DNA of 60,448 nucleotides from a virus. Taxonomy: Duplodnaviria; Caudoviricetes. A program made the position numbers and the translations under genes. The notes under the pieces are model-generated. The model did not search any database. It was not told where the DNA came from and saw only the letters and a program-made list of their open reading frames with translations. The stretch lies in the IMG/VR virus record IMGVR_UViG_3300021479_000021, positions 1 to 60,448 of that record. One strand, given 5' to 3'. Of this stretch, positions 9,827-18,394 are shown one piece after another. The first letter of the stretch is position 1, and each line of letters opens with the position of its first letter.

Positions 9827-9898
9827 TTATATATAAATCAAATGATATGAAGTTTAATTCTTAATAGTGATATATACTAAAAATAAAATAAGAACTTA

Positions 9899-10828
9899 AT
9901 GAAGAATTACGTTAAAACATTTGAACAGTTTGTAGCCGGTAAACTTGAAAAAATATACGAAGCAGATCTACCTATTAAACCAACTGGTGACAGTATTAAA
10001 ACTTCCGATGATGCTCTTAAAGCTCTTATTAAAGATCCAGAAATTAAAACATTTAAATTCATAAAGGATACACCTTATGAAAAAGTTATCGAGACTAAAA
10101 AAGCAATTGCTCCAGCGGTAACTTTTCCAGAAAGAGGTGGCGACCTTAATTATGCAGGAACTAATATTAATATAGACGATACAAATTTTGTAAAAGATTC
10201 CCAAGAGATTGAAAAGAAATTTCAATGGATCAAAAACAGACTTGAAAAAATTACACCAAACGAATTTGAAAGTAAATTTAAGGCTGTTCAGGAAGAATAT
10301 ACTAAAAGATTCAAAGATTCTGAACTTACTATAACAGACGATAATATCGAGTACAGCCACAAATTTGTTCAAAATGATAATATCGCTCAAAGGGATTATA
10401 CAACAGCTGATGGTAAGACAATCAAAAAAGGTGATAAAATACCACAAAATGCTAAAGTTCTTCACTTCTTAGTTGGTAAAGTTTCAAAACCTACCGAAGA
10501 GCCTGCTCAACAAGAAACATTTATTCAATTAGCAAGTAAAACAATAACAATAAAAGTACCTACTCTTAAGGAACCTATGCAGGCAACACTCGCTAAAATA
10601 AAAGAACTTCAAGAGGCAGGATTCCCTGTTTCTGGATCGGGAAATTTGAGAATTATCAATAAAACTCCTATGTGGATTAAGAAACAAGATTATATGAATG
10701 CTATAAATCTCATTAACAATGATATTCATGATACATTTGTACTAAACGATGGTAAAAGAATTGATGGGTTTATGGCTCCAGCCGACCCAGAACTTTCTAA
10801 ACAATATTTTGCAAATAAAGGACAATAA
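9899..10828 (+). CDS. hypothetical protein, putative head-internal protein
   Basis: MKNYVKTFEQFV...IYEA N-terminus. Confidence 0.7.
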   Translation: MKNYVKTFEQFVAGKLEKIYEADLPIKPTGDSIKTSDDALKALIKDPEIKTFKFIKDTPYEKVIETKKAIAPAVTFPERGGDLNYAGTNINIDDTNFVKDSQEIEKKFQWIKNRLEKITPNEFESKFKAVQEEYTKRFKDSELTITDDNIEYSHKFVQNDNIAQRDYTTADGKTIKKGDKIPQNAKVLHFLVGKVSKPTEEPAQQETFIQLASKTITIKVPTLKEPMQATLAKIKELQEAGFPVSGSGNLRIINKTPMWIKKQDYMNAINLINNDIHDTFVLNDGKRIDGFMAPADPELSKQYFANKGQ

Positions 10829-10831
10829 AAC

Positions 10832-10859
10832 AAAAGGTGAGATTTAAATCTCACCTTTT
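10832..10859. terminator. bidirectional terminator
   Basis: AAAAGGTGAGATTT/AAATCTCACCTTTT palindrome between convergent genes. Confidence 0.8.
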
Positions 10860-11084
10860 TTATTTTAACTTATCGAATTCATCTAAAACTTCCTGATACT
10901 CCACCTCGGTTAGACCATATCTAACTTTATAATTGTTTTCTGGATCTCTAAAACTTTTCTCATTTAAAGACCAAAATTCCTTACGTCCAGAATCTTTATC
11001 ATGATCTAAGTTCTTCAAACCAATCATATTACTTTCATGTGATTTTGAAAAATGTGGCCTTTCGTTTATTATAATTCTGCTCAT
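10860..11084 (-). CDS. hypothetical protein
   Basis: ORF with promoter motif upstream. Confidence 0.6.
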   Translation of the reverse strand: MSRIIINERPHFSKSHESNMIGLKNLDHDKDSGRKEFWSLNEKSFRDPENNYKVRYGLTEVEYQEVLDEFDKLK

Positions 11085-11150
11085 TTTATTTGATAGTTTA
11101 TTTAAACAACTATACGTATTTTATATACAAATGTTTCAAAAAGTTTTAAT

Positions 11151-11996
11151 TTAATAAAATTTATAGTCTGTTACCTTCTGACCCTTCATAATTGAAATCA
11201 TATAGTTTTGATATTTCTTCTGTGTCACGGTATAGTATATAGCATCCCTTCTATAAGTATCAAATTCTGGCTTATACTCATTATCTCTATCTTTACCGAG
11301 AACTATTATTATGTTATAGGCACCACCAAAATTCTTAACATAGAAACCAATATTATTCAAATCATATTTTAACAAACATGAGTGATGTCCAGGAGAAATA
11401 ATAAACTTAGCAGCCCAGTTGTACTTCTTATAATATTCAAGGGCCTCAGGACTATATTTGTTTCTCAACTTATCTGTACTAAATTCTCCGGTTACAATCT
11501 CTGTTACAATTTTAACATCTTTTTCAAAAGTTATATTCTTTTCAATTGTTTCACTTCTTTCTGATACACAATAAAACAGTTTAGAATTGATATAATGATT
11601 GATAGCAGAATTTGAATTAGATAGTTCTATACCATACATTTGATTATAATACTGACTTAGTTCGGCCTCAAGTGAAAGCTTCCTAGAATATTTAAGCTCT
11701 GTCATACCTTTACTTTGTCTATAATTATTTACAAATTCCATGATATTTTTATATTCATTCTGATATTGGATATTATTAGAATCAACATCTTTTATACGTT
11801 CATTCCAGAAATTAGTACTATCCTTCATTTGTTTCAAATAGTAATAATCCCATTCTTTATAGTTTTTAGGCTTTACAAGGACATTAAAATTAGCTTTATC
11901 AAATACCTTAGGATATTTAAGCCATTTCTTTACGGGACCCGTGAATGATATCAGGAGGCTGGTTATAAACAGAATGATTAGGATATACTTTTTCAT
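11151..11996 (-). CDS. secreted CAP/SCP-domain protein
   Basis: signal peptide; VNNYRQSKGMTELKYSRKLSLEA and SPGHHSCLL...IGF. Confidence 0.7.
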   Translation of the reverse strand: MKKYILIILFITSLLISFTGPVKKWLKYPKVFDKANFNVLVKPKNYKEWDYYYLKQMKDSTNFWNERIKDVDSNNIQYQNEYKNIMEFVNNYRQSKGMTELKYSRKLSLEAELSQYYNQMYGIELSNSNSAINHYINSKLFYCVSERSETIEKNITFEKDVKIVTEIVTGEFSTDKLRNKYSPEALEYYKKYNWAAKFIISPGHHSCLLKYDLNNIGFYVKNFGGAYNIIIVLGKDRDNEYKPEFDTYRRDAIYYTVTQKKYQNYMISIMKGQKVTDYKFY

Positions 11997-12118
11997 AAGC
12001 TAAAACTAATAAATTTATTCAGATATAATAACAGTTTACGAAAAATTATGATAAAGGTTACAGTACACAATAAACTAAGCTGGTTTATTGTGCATAAAAA
12101 TGTTTATTATATTGATTA

Positions 12119-12334
12119 TTAAGTATTTATAATTACTTTATTTAAAATATTGAAACTTTCTAATCTTCTATCAATAAGTTTTTCTACATCCCTTAAATAT
12201 GGAGCAAAATTAATAGGATATTTTGTTGTTGTTGAAAAACTAGCTTGGTAATATATACCACCAAAGAAATCAGTTTTTGTATGAATTTCTATACCTTTTT
12301 ATACTTTAAACAATACATTATCTTTATTCATCAT
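12119..12334 (-). pseudogene. small ORF interrupted by in-frame TAA
   Basis: MMNKDNVLFKV*KGIEIHTKTDFFGG...; starts right after the lysozyme stop. Confidence 0.35.
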
Positions 12335-12336
12335 AT

Positions 12337-12954
12337 CTACTTATTTTGAATGAGTTTTTTAGCCATATTAAGATCATCATTTAACCTTTTCTTCCAACCA
12401 TATTTATTATGCTCCCAATTACTTAAACGTTGTAGCCAGGTCAATCTTGTAAAATACAAAATTTCTACTGTAATATTCTTATCCTGATTTAAATGATTAA
12501 TGTTTTTATAACCAAGACTTCTTAAACCAGTAGCAGGACCGGAAATCCAGCAAGCCTCAGCTACCATCAATCTAATCGAAGGATCTTCAATTTTATTAAG
12601 TTCATAAGTTAACCAAAAAGACTTAGCTATAAATTTAGCTTCTCCCCATGTTAAAGACATTAATCCTTCTCTGGTTGGTTTTTTACCAACTATTTTATGA
12701 GCAGCGGTTTTCCAGTAATAATAAGTGATACCATGATTAGTCAATCCAGACGGATCTTCTACTTTTGCTCTTTCACCTATACCACCTTCCCATTTTGAAA
12801 CTAATTTAAACCATACAACAAAAGCTGTATCCTCTACTACTTTCTCTTTAACAATTACTTCAGATTCCGGGAATGAATAAATATCATTATCATATTCGAC
12901 AAAAGTAAAAGCTGTTGATATTAGTATAACAATTAATAATACAATGTGTTTCAT
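12337..12954 (-). CDS. GH108-family lysozyme (signal-peptide endolysin-like)
   Basis: WEGG...DPSGLTNHGIT...GWKKRL; hydrophobic N-terminus. Confidence 0.8.
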   Translation of the reverse strand: MKHIVLLIVILISTAFTFVEYDNDIYSFPESEVIVKEKVVEDTAFVVWFKLVSKWEGGIGERAKVEDPSGLTNHGITYYYWKTAAHKIVGKKPTREGLMSLTWGEAKFIAKSFWLTYELNKIEDPSIRLMVAEACWISGPATGLRSLGYKNINHLNQDKNITVEILYFTRLTWLQRLSNWEHNKYGWKKRLNDDLNMAKKLIQNK

Positions 12955-12996
12955 ATTAAAATTTTATTTTTATTTTACGTTAAAAATCACAGTTAC

Positions 12997-14250
12997 TTAA
13001 AGTATTATCAAATCCACAGTGGATTTGAAAGAATTTAAGCTTGAAGAACTACGAGATGAGTCGTAGAGAACTCTATAACTGTATAAGAGTTTCTTTTGTT
13101 TAAATGTATAATATAATTCTTTAAATGTGCTGAAAACCTCAGGTACCATTTCCTTCCAACGGGTAGGTACAAGATTCACACATTCTCTGTTTATACTATC
13201 ATATTCATTCAAACCTTTACTTAGAAGAAAACTTCTGTAAGTAATTTCTTTTGATGCAGCTACTGAATCGTAATCATTAATATTTTCTAACTGCCCAATA
13301 AAGGAGCTATATTCGGGCCTTACTTCTTTAAATTTAATATCATTCAAAGTAAGTCTTTTCTTTAAATTATTTACAAAATTATTACGGTTCCATGAGTTGA
13401 GTAATTTATTCAGTTTCTTACCTTTCTTATGATTCTTAGATTTCATATTTAAGTTTTCTAATCCAACACAAGATACCCTGTAGTGCTTACATAAGCTTAT
13501 TACATGTTTAGATATAGTAACGGTTTCATACAACTTTTTATTCGTTGAAGCTTCATTCAACTTTCTTAAATCAATGATCTCTTTATAAACTTCTTTCTTG
13601 TTATTATAATTAATATCCATAATAGAAAGACCTATGTAATTAGGATTTAAATCTAAACCTAAATATCTATTTCTCTTTGGTTCATATACTGATTTAGTGA
13701 GTAAAGAAGGATCATAACTGATCCATACATTACTATCTGAAATCATAAAGTTGAAATAAGCCTTCTTTTCTTTACAAAGTAATTGAATTTTATAAAGATT
13801 TGCTCTTTCACCTTTTGATAATTTTAATGGTATCAAATATTTAACACCACATTTAGGCTTGAATATCATCATATTATTTAAAATATCTAATTCAGCTTTC
13901 CTATTACCACAATGATCTAATCTACTCCCTCTAATTGAAATAGGAATATTTTTATTATAAGTATTTTTTCGCCCATATTTTTTATTAAAGAACTCTTTCT
14001 TACCACCAAAGTATATCTTTTCTTCTCTATTTAATTCAGATGCTATTTTAACAGCTTCTTTAATGAAGGAAGCATCAAGTAATTCAATATTTTTCATATT
14101 ATCTTTTACTAGCCATTCTAATTTCGAAACATTAGTTACTTTATCCTTCATGATTCTATTATAAGCAAACCTTACCACGGAACTATACTGCTCTATAAAC
14201 CTAATATCTTTAAATACACTTTGTGATTTCTTTATCGTTACTATTTGCAC
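12997..14250 (-). CDS. tnpB: TnpB-like RNA-guided RuvC nuclease (IS200/IS605/IS607 accessory protein), no tnpA nearby
   Basis: YSSVVRFAYNR; RuvC-I LGLDLNP, RuvC-II GLENLN, PEYSSFIG...DSVAASKEI; no zinc finger. Confidence 0.8.
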   Translation of the reverse strand: MQIVTIKKSQSVFKDIRFIEQYSSVVRFAYNRIMKDKVTNVSKLEWLVKDNMKNIELLDASFIKEAVKIASELNREEKIYFGGKKEFFNKKYGRKNTYNKNIPISIRGSRLDHCGNRKAELDILNNMMIFKPKCGVKYLIPLKLSKGERANLYKIQLLCKEKKAYFNFMISDSNVWISYDPSLLTKSVYEPKRNRYLGLDLNPNYIGLSIMDINYNNKKEVYKEIIDLRKLNEASTNKKLYETVTISKHVISLCKHYRVSCVGLENLNMKSKNHKKGKKLNKLLNSWNRNNFVNNLKKRLTLNDIKFKEVRPEYSSFIGQLENINDYDSVAASKEITYRSFLLSKGLNEYDSINRECVNLVPTRWKEMVPEVFSTFKELYYTFKQKKLLYSYRVLYDSSRSSSSLNSFKSTVDLIIL

Positions 14251-14296
14251 TAAATACTTTATTCATTTCGATAAAGTATATATCTGAAATAATGTG

Positions 14297-14327
14297 TTTG
14301 ACTTATTAAATATTTTCGCTACTTTTG
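14297..14327 (+). promoter_or_regulatory. Bacteroidota-type primary sigma promoter
   Basis: TTTG-N19-TACTTTTG. Confidence 0.55.
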
Positions 14328-14598
14328 TATATAAAATATAACACCTGATAAAATTTATATTCAACTGTTGTAACACTAAATGAAAAATAAAAGGTTTTCA
14401 TTTTAATGATTTCAGCTTTCTTAAGTATTAGGGTATATTTTTAAGAGAGCAATTGTAATAAACAACATTTCGTAAATCATATTTAAAACAAATATACAAA
14501 ATTTATATAGATTTTCTATATTTTGTTTTGAATAATTCATTATATTTGCCTCAGATTAGAACAAATATATTTCATTAACATTCAAAATTATATAGTAA

Positions 14599-14880
14599 AT
14601 GCCTTACCTTACAGCCATTATAATTATATGTTTCATTATCTTTTTACTTCAAAAACGCAAAAAAGGAGATAAATTAAGTGATAAAATAAAATTGTTCATG
14701 GAAAATAATCCAGATGATAATGTAACAATCCTTGCAGCTAAAATAGCAAAGAGTGAAGATTTTAACTTTATCCCTTTTAATGTGGCTGAAGAATATTGTT
14801 ATCTTATAAATGACGATAAACCTGTTGATCATTTGGATGAAGAGTATGATATCAGTATTAACCTAAACAGAAATGATTAA
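14599..14880 (+). CDS. membrane-anchored hypothetical protein
   Basis: N-terminal TM helix. Confidence 0.6.
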   Translation: MPYLTAIIIICFIIFLLQKRKKGDKLSDKIKLFMENNPDDNVTILAAKIAKSEDFNFIPFNVAEEYCYLINDDKPVDHLDEEYDISINLNRND

Positions 14881-15658
14881 ACATATAAAAATAATCAATA
14901 ATAGAAAATCTCTACTCTGTACATTATGGGGTCCTAAAGAAATAAAACTTTCAGAAAATGTTAATATAATTTTCTCACCAAATGGTACAGGCAAATCTGT
15001 AATGTTAAAAGGTTTAGCTTATTTTACAAGTTGTCAAAAAGGTGGATGGTCCACAGGATTAGATCCATTAGAAGCTAAGCTAGAGGTATTTTCTCCTATG
15101 GAAATAGATTATGTTAAACTAAAAAACAAGAAATCTAAAATTGGAGCTATGAATATTGATTGGGATGGAACACCAACCTACTATTCTAAAGCCATGTTAG
15201 ATGACTCATCTCAGAATATGCAAAATGCTTTATTTGGAATGAATCAAGAAATGAGCCTTGAAGATGCTATAGTGATGCATAAACAAAACTTATCCCAAGG
15301 CCAAACTACAATAACACATTTAAATAACATATTCCAAAGTACCCTTCCTGATATAACATTAGAAAAACATACAGAATCTAATAATATCTGGCAGAAGGCC
15401 GGAAGAATTTTAAGTGATTATGTAAAAACATTACCAAGAGATGGTAAACCAACCATACTCTTAGATGAACCTGACAGAAGTTTTGACTTTATAAATCAAA
15501 GATTCTTCTGGGAAAATGTAAACAAGCTGGCCGAGAAGTTTCAACTGATCATAACTACACATAGTATGTTTGTGTTAACAGATATTGCTAAGGATTTCAA
15601 TATAATAGAAATCACTCCAGGGTATTATAAAAAAGCAAAAGAAATAATAAAAGTATAA
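14873..15658 (+). CDS. ABC/AAA-type ATPase
   Basis: Walker A SPNGTGKS, signature LSQGQ, Walker B ILLDEPD, H-loop TTH. Confidence 0.85.
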   Translation: MIKHIKIINNRKSLLCTLWGPKEIKLSENVNIIFSPNGTGKSVMLKGLAYFTSCQKGGWSTGLDPLEAKLEVFSPMEIDYVKLKNKKSKIGAMNIDWDGTPTYYSKAMLDDSSQNMQNALFGMNQEMSLEDAIVMHKQNLSQGQTTITHLNNIFQSTLPDITLEKHTESNNIWQKAGRILSDYVKTLPRDGKPTILLDEPDRSFDFINQRFFWENVNKLAEKFQLIITTHSMFVLTDIAKDFNIIEITPGYYKKAKEIIKV

Positions 15659-15742
15659 TATAGAAGAATTTCTGAATAAGAACTATAATATGGTTCAATT
15701 AGGAGCACCAGAATGGATAACAGGTAAAAGACCAGAACAATT

Positions 15743-15940
15743 ATGACAGATATATTTAAAAAAGATACCTTTTTGAAATTCAATTCAGAAGATAATAGAA
15801 TCGAACAAATCATTGATGTTGATAATGAAACACTCTTTACAAAAAAAAGTAATGATAAAGTCGTCAAATACAAAGAAAAAGATATTCGAGTAAAGATCTA
15901 CAATGGCCTTTGTACATTACATAAAAATTATCCAGTATGA
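15743..15940 (+). CDS. hypothetical protein
   Basis: ORF overlapping (ATGA) the next gene. Confidence 0.55.
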   Translation: MTDIFKKDTFLKFNSEDNRIEQIIDVDNETLFTKKSNDKVVKYKEKDIRVKIYNGLCTLHKNYPV

Positions 15941-16284
15941 CAGCGGAGGATTTTTTGATATTGAAGTTAGGGAGTGTTTCTTTAGACAAAGAATATCCAG
16001 GTAATATCATTATTAAAGATTCGGAAGGATATACTGTGATGTACAATAGAAAAAATCGCTATTTAGAGGTTGATTATATAAATATATGGTCAGTTTTTGA
16101 GAAGCAATATAACATGAATTATACTGATATACAATTATTTATAACTAACATGATGTTGAAGCACCTCAATTGGAGGCCAGAAACACCTTGTTACCAGTGG
16201 GTATGGGAAAACTTTCCGATGTTGAAGCACCTCAATTGGAGGCCAGAAACACCTTTATCAATTGTAGATACACCAGGACCATAG
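15937..16284 (+). CDS. small array-associated protein, copy 2 (C-terminus encoded by array)
   Basis: paralog of copies 1 and 3; MLKHLNWRPETP encoded by repeats 1 and 2. Confidence 0.8.
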   Translation: MTAEDFLILKLGSVSLDKEYPGNIIIKDSEGYTVMYNRKNRYLEVDYINIWSVFEKQYNMNYTDIQLFITNMMLKHLNWRPETPCYQWVWENFPMLKHLNWRPETPLSIVDTPGP

Positions 16285-16450
16285 ATGTTGAAGCACCTCA
16301 ATTGGAGGCCAGAAACACCTTTATTGGCAAGTTTAATACCTTCTTCAATGATGTTGAAGCACCTCAATTGGAGGCCAGAAACACCACCATGTTCTCAGGC
16401 TTTAAAAGAAATGAGATGTTGAAACACCTCAAATGGAAAACACAAACAAG
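16152..16450 (+). CRISPR. CRISPR-like array, 36-nt repeat GATGTTGAAGCACCTCAATTGGAGGCCAGAAACACC (type VI-B-like), 4 spacers
   Basis: identical repeats at 16152, 16218, 16284, 16350 and a degenerate one at 16415; unique spacers of 30, 30, 30 and 29 nt; CCTC/GAGG and TGTT/AACA stems. Confidence 0.92.
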
Positions 16451-16474
16451 AATATTATAATATCAATATATTCG

Positions 16475-16975
16475 TTAAATGTAATCCACCTCAGCTTCTT
16501 TCCCAAGAAGTTTAAATGCATCTGACTTAATACTTGGCCAATAAAATACAAGTTTATCGTTAACATTACTCATCTCATAACCCGGTAGAAACTTAGGAAA
16601 ATATCTCATATAAGTTTTTGTTCTTTTAGAAACTTCTCCAGTATCACTAGTATCTTTTCTTACACCATTGATAAAAATTATAGAGGTATAATACTCTTTG
16701 TTTAGTTTAATACATTTAAGAATTGCTTTACCTATTGTATTCAAAACTTTAGACATATTCCCTTTATTAGATACTTGAGAAGATGAACCGTTAATAAAGA
16801 AATAAAGCTCCAAATAATAAATATTACTACCTTCTACAACAATATTTTTAGGTACCAATTTAACCGTATACACATCACCAAATTCTGTTTTGAAAATCAT
16901 AGAAAAATTACTCTTCCTTAACGGATAAGTTTCGGATGATTCATTAAACTGCTCAAATGTTTTAAAATAATTCAT
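16475..16975 (-). CDS. hypothetical protein, putative head-internal protein
   Basis: probable start MNYFKTFEQFNES. Confidence 0.7.
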   Translation of the reverse strand: MNYFKTFEQFNESSETYPLRKSNFSMIFKTEFGDVYTVKLVPKNIVVEGSNIYYLELYFFINGSSSQVSNKGNMSKVLNTIGKAILKCIKLNKEYYTSIIFINGVRKDTSDTGEVSKRTKTYMRYFPKFLPGYEMSNVNDKLVFYWPSIKSDAFKLLGKEAEVDYI

Positions 16976-17020
16976 TGATCTATATATTAGATACATTTAT
17001 AAACATATGCTATATACAGT

Positions 17021-17446
17021 ATGGTTTTAGACAAGATAGCCTTGGGTGAGAAATATATCAACTACTTAAAAAAAGTAGAAGAATTAATAATTCGAGACCT
17101 GGAGAATACATCAAAGGATTATATTCAAGATCATGAATTTTTCTTTAACAGAAAGGATGAACGAGATAATATACTGAACATGGGTCTGGAACAGCATTCT
17201 GTTTTATCAATGGGTGAGACTTATAGTATACTTACAAACATAGAAAATATGTTAGTGATTGTTATTATTTACAAATCAATTCTAAATAACTCAGCATATA
17301 CAGTCTGTTTAGGTAAAACCAGCAGATCTGGTAAAATAGAATATATCAGTGATACAAAAAAGCACGCCGGAATTATTTTCAAATTCTTTATAAAACTAAA
17401 TATGATTATGAAGAAGAGATATAAAATAGATATTAAGACTCTTTAA
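17021..17446 (+). CDS. hypothetical protein
   Basis: weak N-terminal similarity to the 1225/2009 family. Confidence 0.6.
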   Translation: MVLDKIALGEKYINYLKKVEELIIRDLENTSKDYIQDHEFFFNRKDERDNILNMGLEQHSVLSMGETYSILTNIENMLVIVIIYKSILNNSAYTVCLGKTSRSGKIEYISDTKKHAGIIFKFFIKLNMIMKKRYKIDIKTL

Positions 17447-18201
17447 TCTTTAAAAGCGTCTCTACTACCTATTGCTGCATGATACACACTTGCGAAGAAT
17501 AATTCTTTCTTAAGTTCTATTAACTTCTCTGTATGGACACCAAGCTCATTTAATTTATCAGCAAGTTCTGGCTTAAGGTAATAGGCATCTTGATATGAAA
17601 TAGTAGCTTCATGTTTAGAATTAAGTTTTACTTCAGCTAATATTAATCTTGACTTATTTGGAATACTGTATAATTTTTTACCAGCTGCTTCTTGTTTAGT
17701 ATATACTTCCCTTTGAACATTTATAGCATATTTACCACCAGAACCAGGAATAGGCCTAGCTCTCACTACAGCACTCTTATTATCAATCGAATCGTTTTCA
17801 ACATCTTCCAACAGCTTAGAAAACTTCGTAATATTTGTATTAATTGATTCCACAATCTCTGTTAAAGCTTCTGGAGAATACTCTACAATACCATCACCAA
17901 GAACTTTGGCTACATGTATAGGATCTTCACCAGCTTCATCATCGTGATCAACATCTCTATGTAAAACTTCCTCTATAGTCTCCAAATCATGATCCAGATA
18001 GGTATAACAACCATCTTTAGTTAATGGAACAACTTCACCCTCTGGAATACCATTTGTTGTATCACAAAAAACTATACCTTGTGATATAAGCTCTTCTAAT
18101 TCAGCATCAGAAACCAATATACTTGTACCAGATGGATTACCTATTATTTTCTTGTCATACCTGGTAATAAACGATTCAAAGGATTTTACGTACTGCTTCA
18201 T
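17443..18201 (-). CDS. hypothetical protein, putative head-internal protein
   Basis: MKQYVKSFESFI N-terminus. Confidence 0.7.
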   Translation of the reverse strand: MKQYVKSFESFITRYDKKIIGNPSGTSILVSDAELEELISQGIVFCDTTNGIPEGEVVPLTKDGCYTYLDHDLETIEEVLHRDVDHDDEAGEDPIHVAKVLGDGIVEYSPEALTEIVESINTNITKFSKLLEDVENDSIDNKSAVVRARPIPGSGGKYAINVQREVYTKQEAAGKKLYSIPNKSRLILAEVKLNSKHEATISYQDAYYLKPELADKLNELGVHTEKLIELKKELFFASVYHAAIGSRDAFKD

Positions 18202-18252
18202 TAACTTATTTCATTTTTGTTATATATTCGATAGTAAATATATCAAAATATT

Positions 18253-18285
18253 TTTGTAAATATCAAATATAAAATACTATCTTTG
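18253..18285 (+). promoter_or_regulatory. Bacteroidota-type promoter driving the tRNA
   Basis: TTTG-N21-TATCTTTG. Confidence 0.65.
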
Positions 18286-18310
18286 TATCAACAAATTCTG
18301 AAAGGAATTT

Positions 18311-18384
18311 GGGCTTTTAGCTCAGGTGGTTAGAGCAACTGACTCATAATCAGTAGGTCCTTGGTTCGAGTCCAAGAAGGCCCA
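18311..18384 (+). tRNA. tRNA with CAT anticodon (probably Ile2, otherwise Met); CCA not encoded
   Basis: GGGCTTT/AAGGCCC acceptor stem, ACTGA-CTCATAA-TCAGT anticodon arm, CTTGG-TTCGAGT-CCAAG T arm. Confidence 0.93.
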
Positions 18385-18394
18385 CATAATTATT

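Noticed and set aside
12997-16450. TnpB as a Cas12f-like effector for the 16152 array
   Set aside because: Separated by about 1.9 kb and four genes and divergently oriented. The repeat tracks with the small gene at three loci, not with tnpB, and a DNA nuclease would conflict with the perfect self-target. Not formally excluded.
16152-16450. Simple protein tandem repeat, TIGR array or DGR template
   Set aside because: Spacers are unrelated to each other and one matches another gene exactly. The unit is one 36-nt repeat plus one 30-nt spacer. There is no reverse transcriptase or adenine-specific variation.
16170-16460. 96-aa ORF with repeated VEAPQLEARNT
   Set aside because: Alternative-frame read-through of the array; no credible start and not conserved at the other two loci
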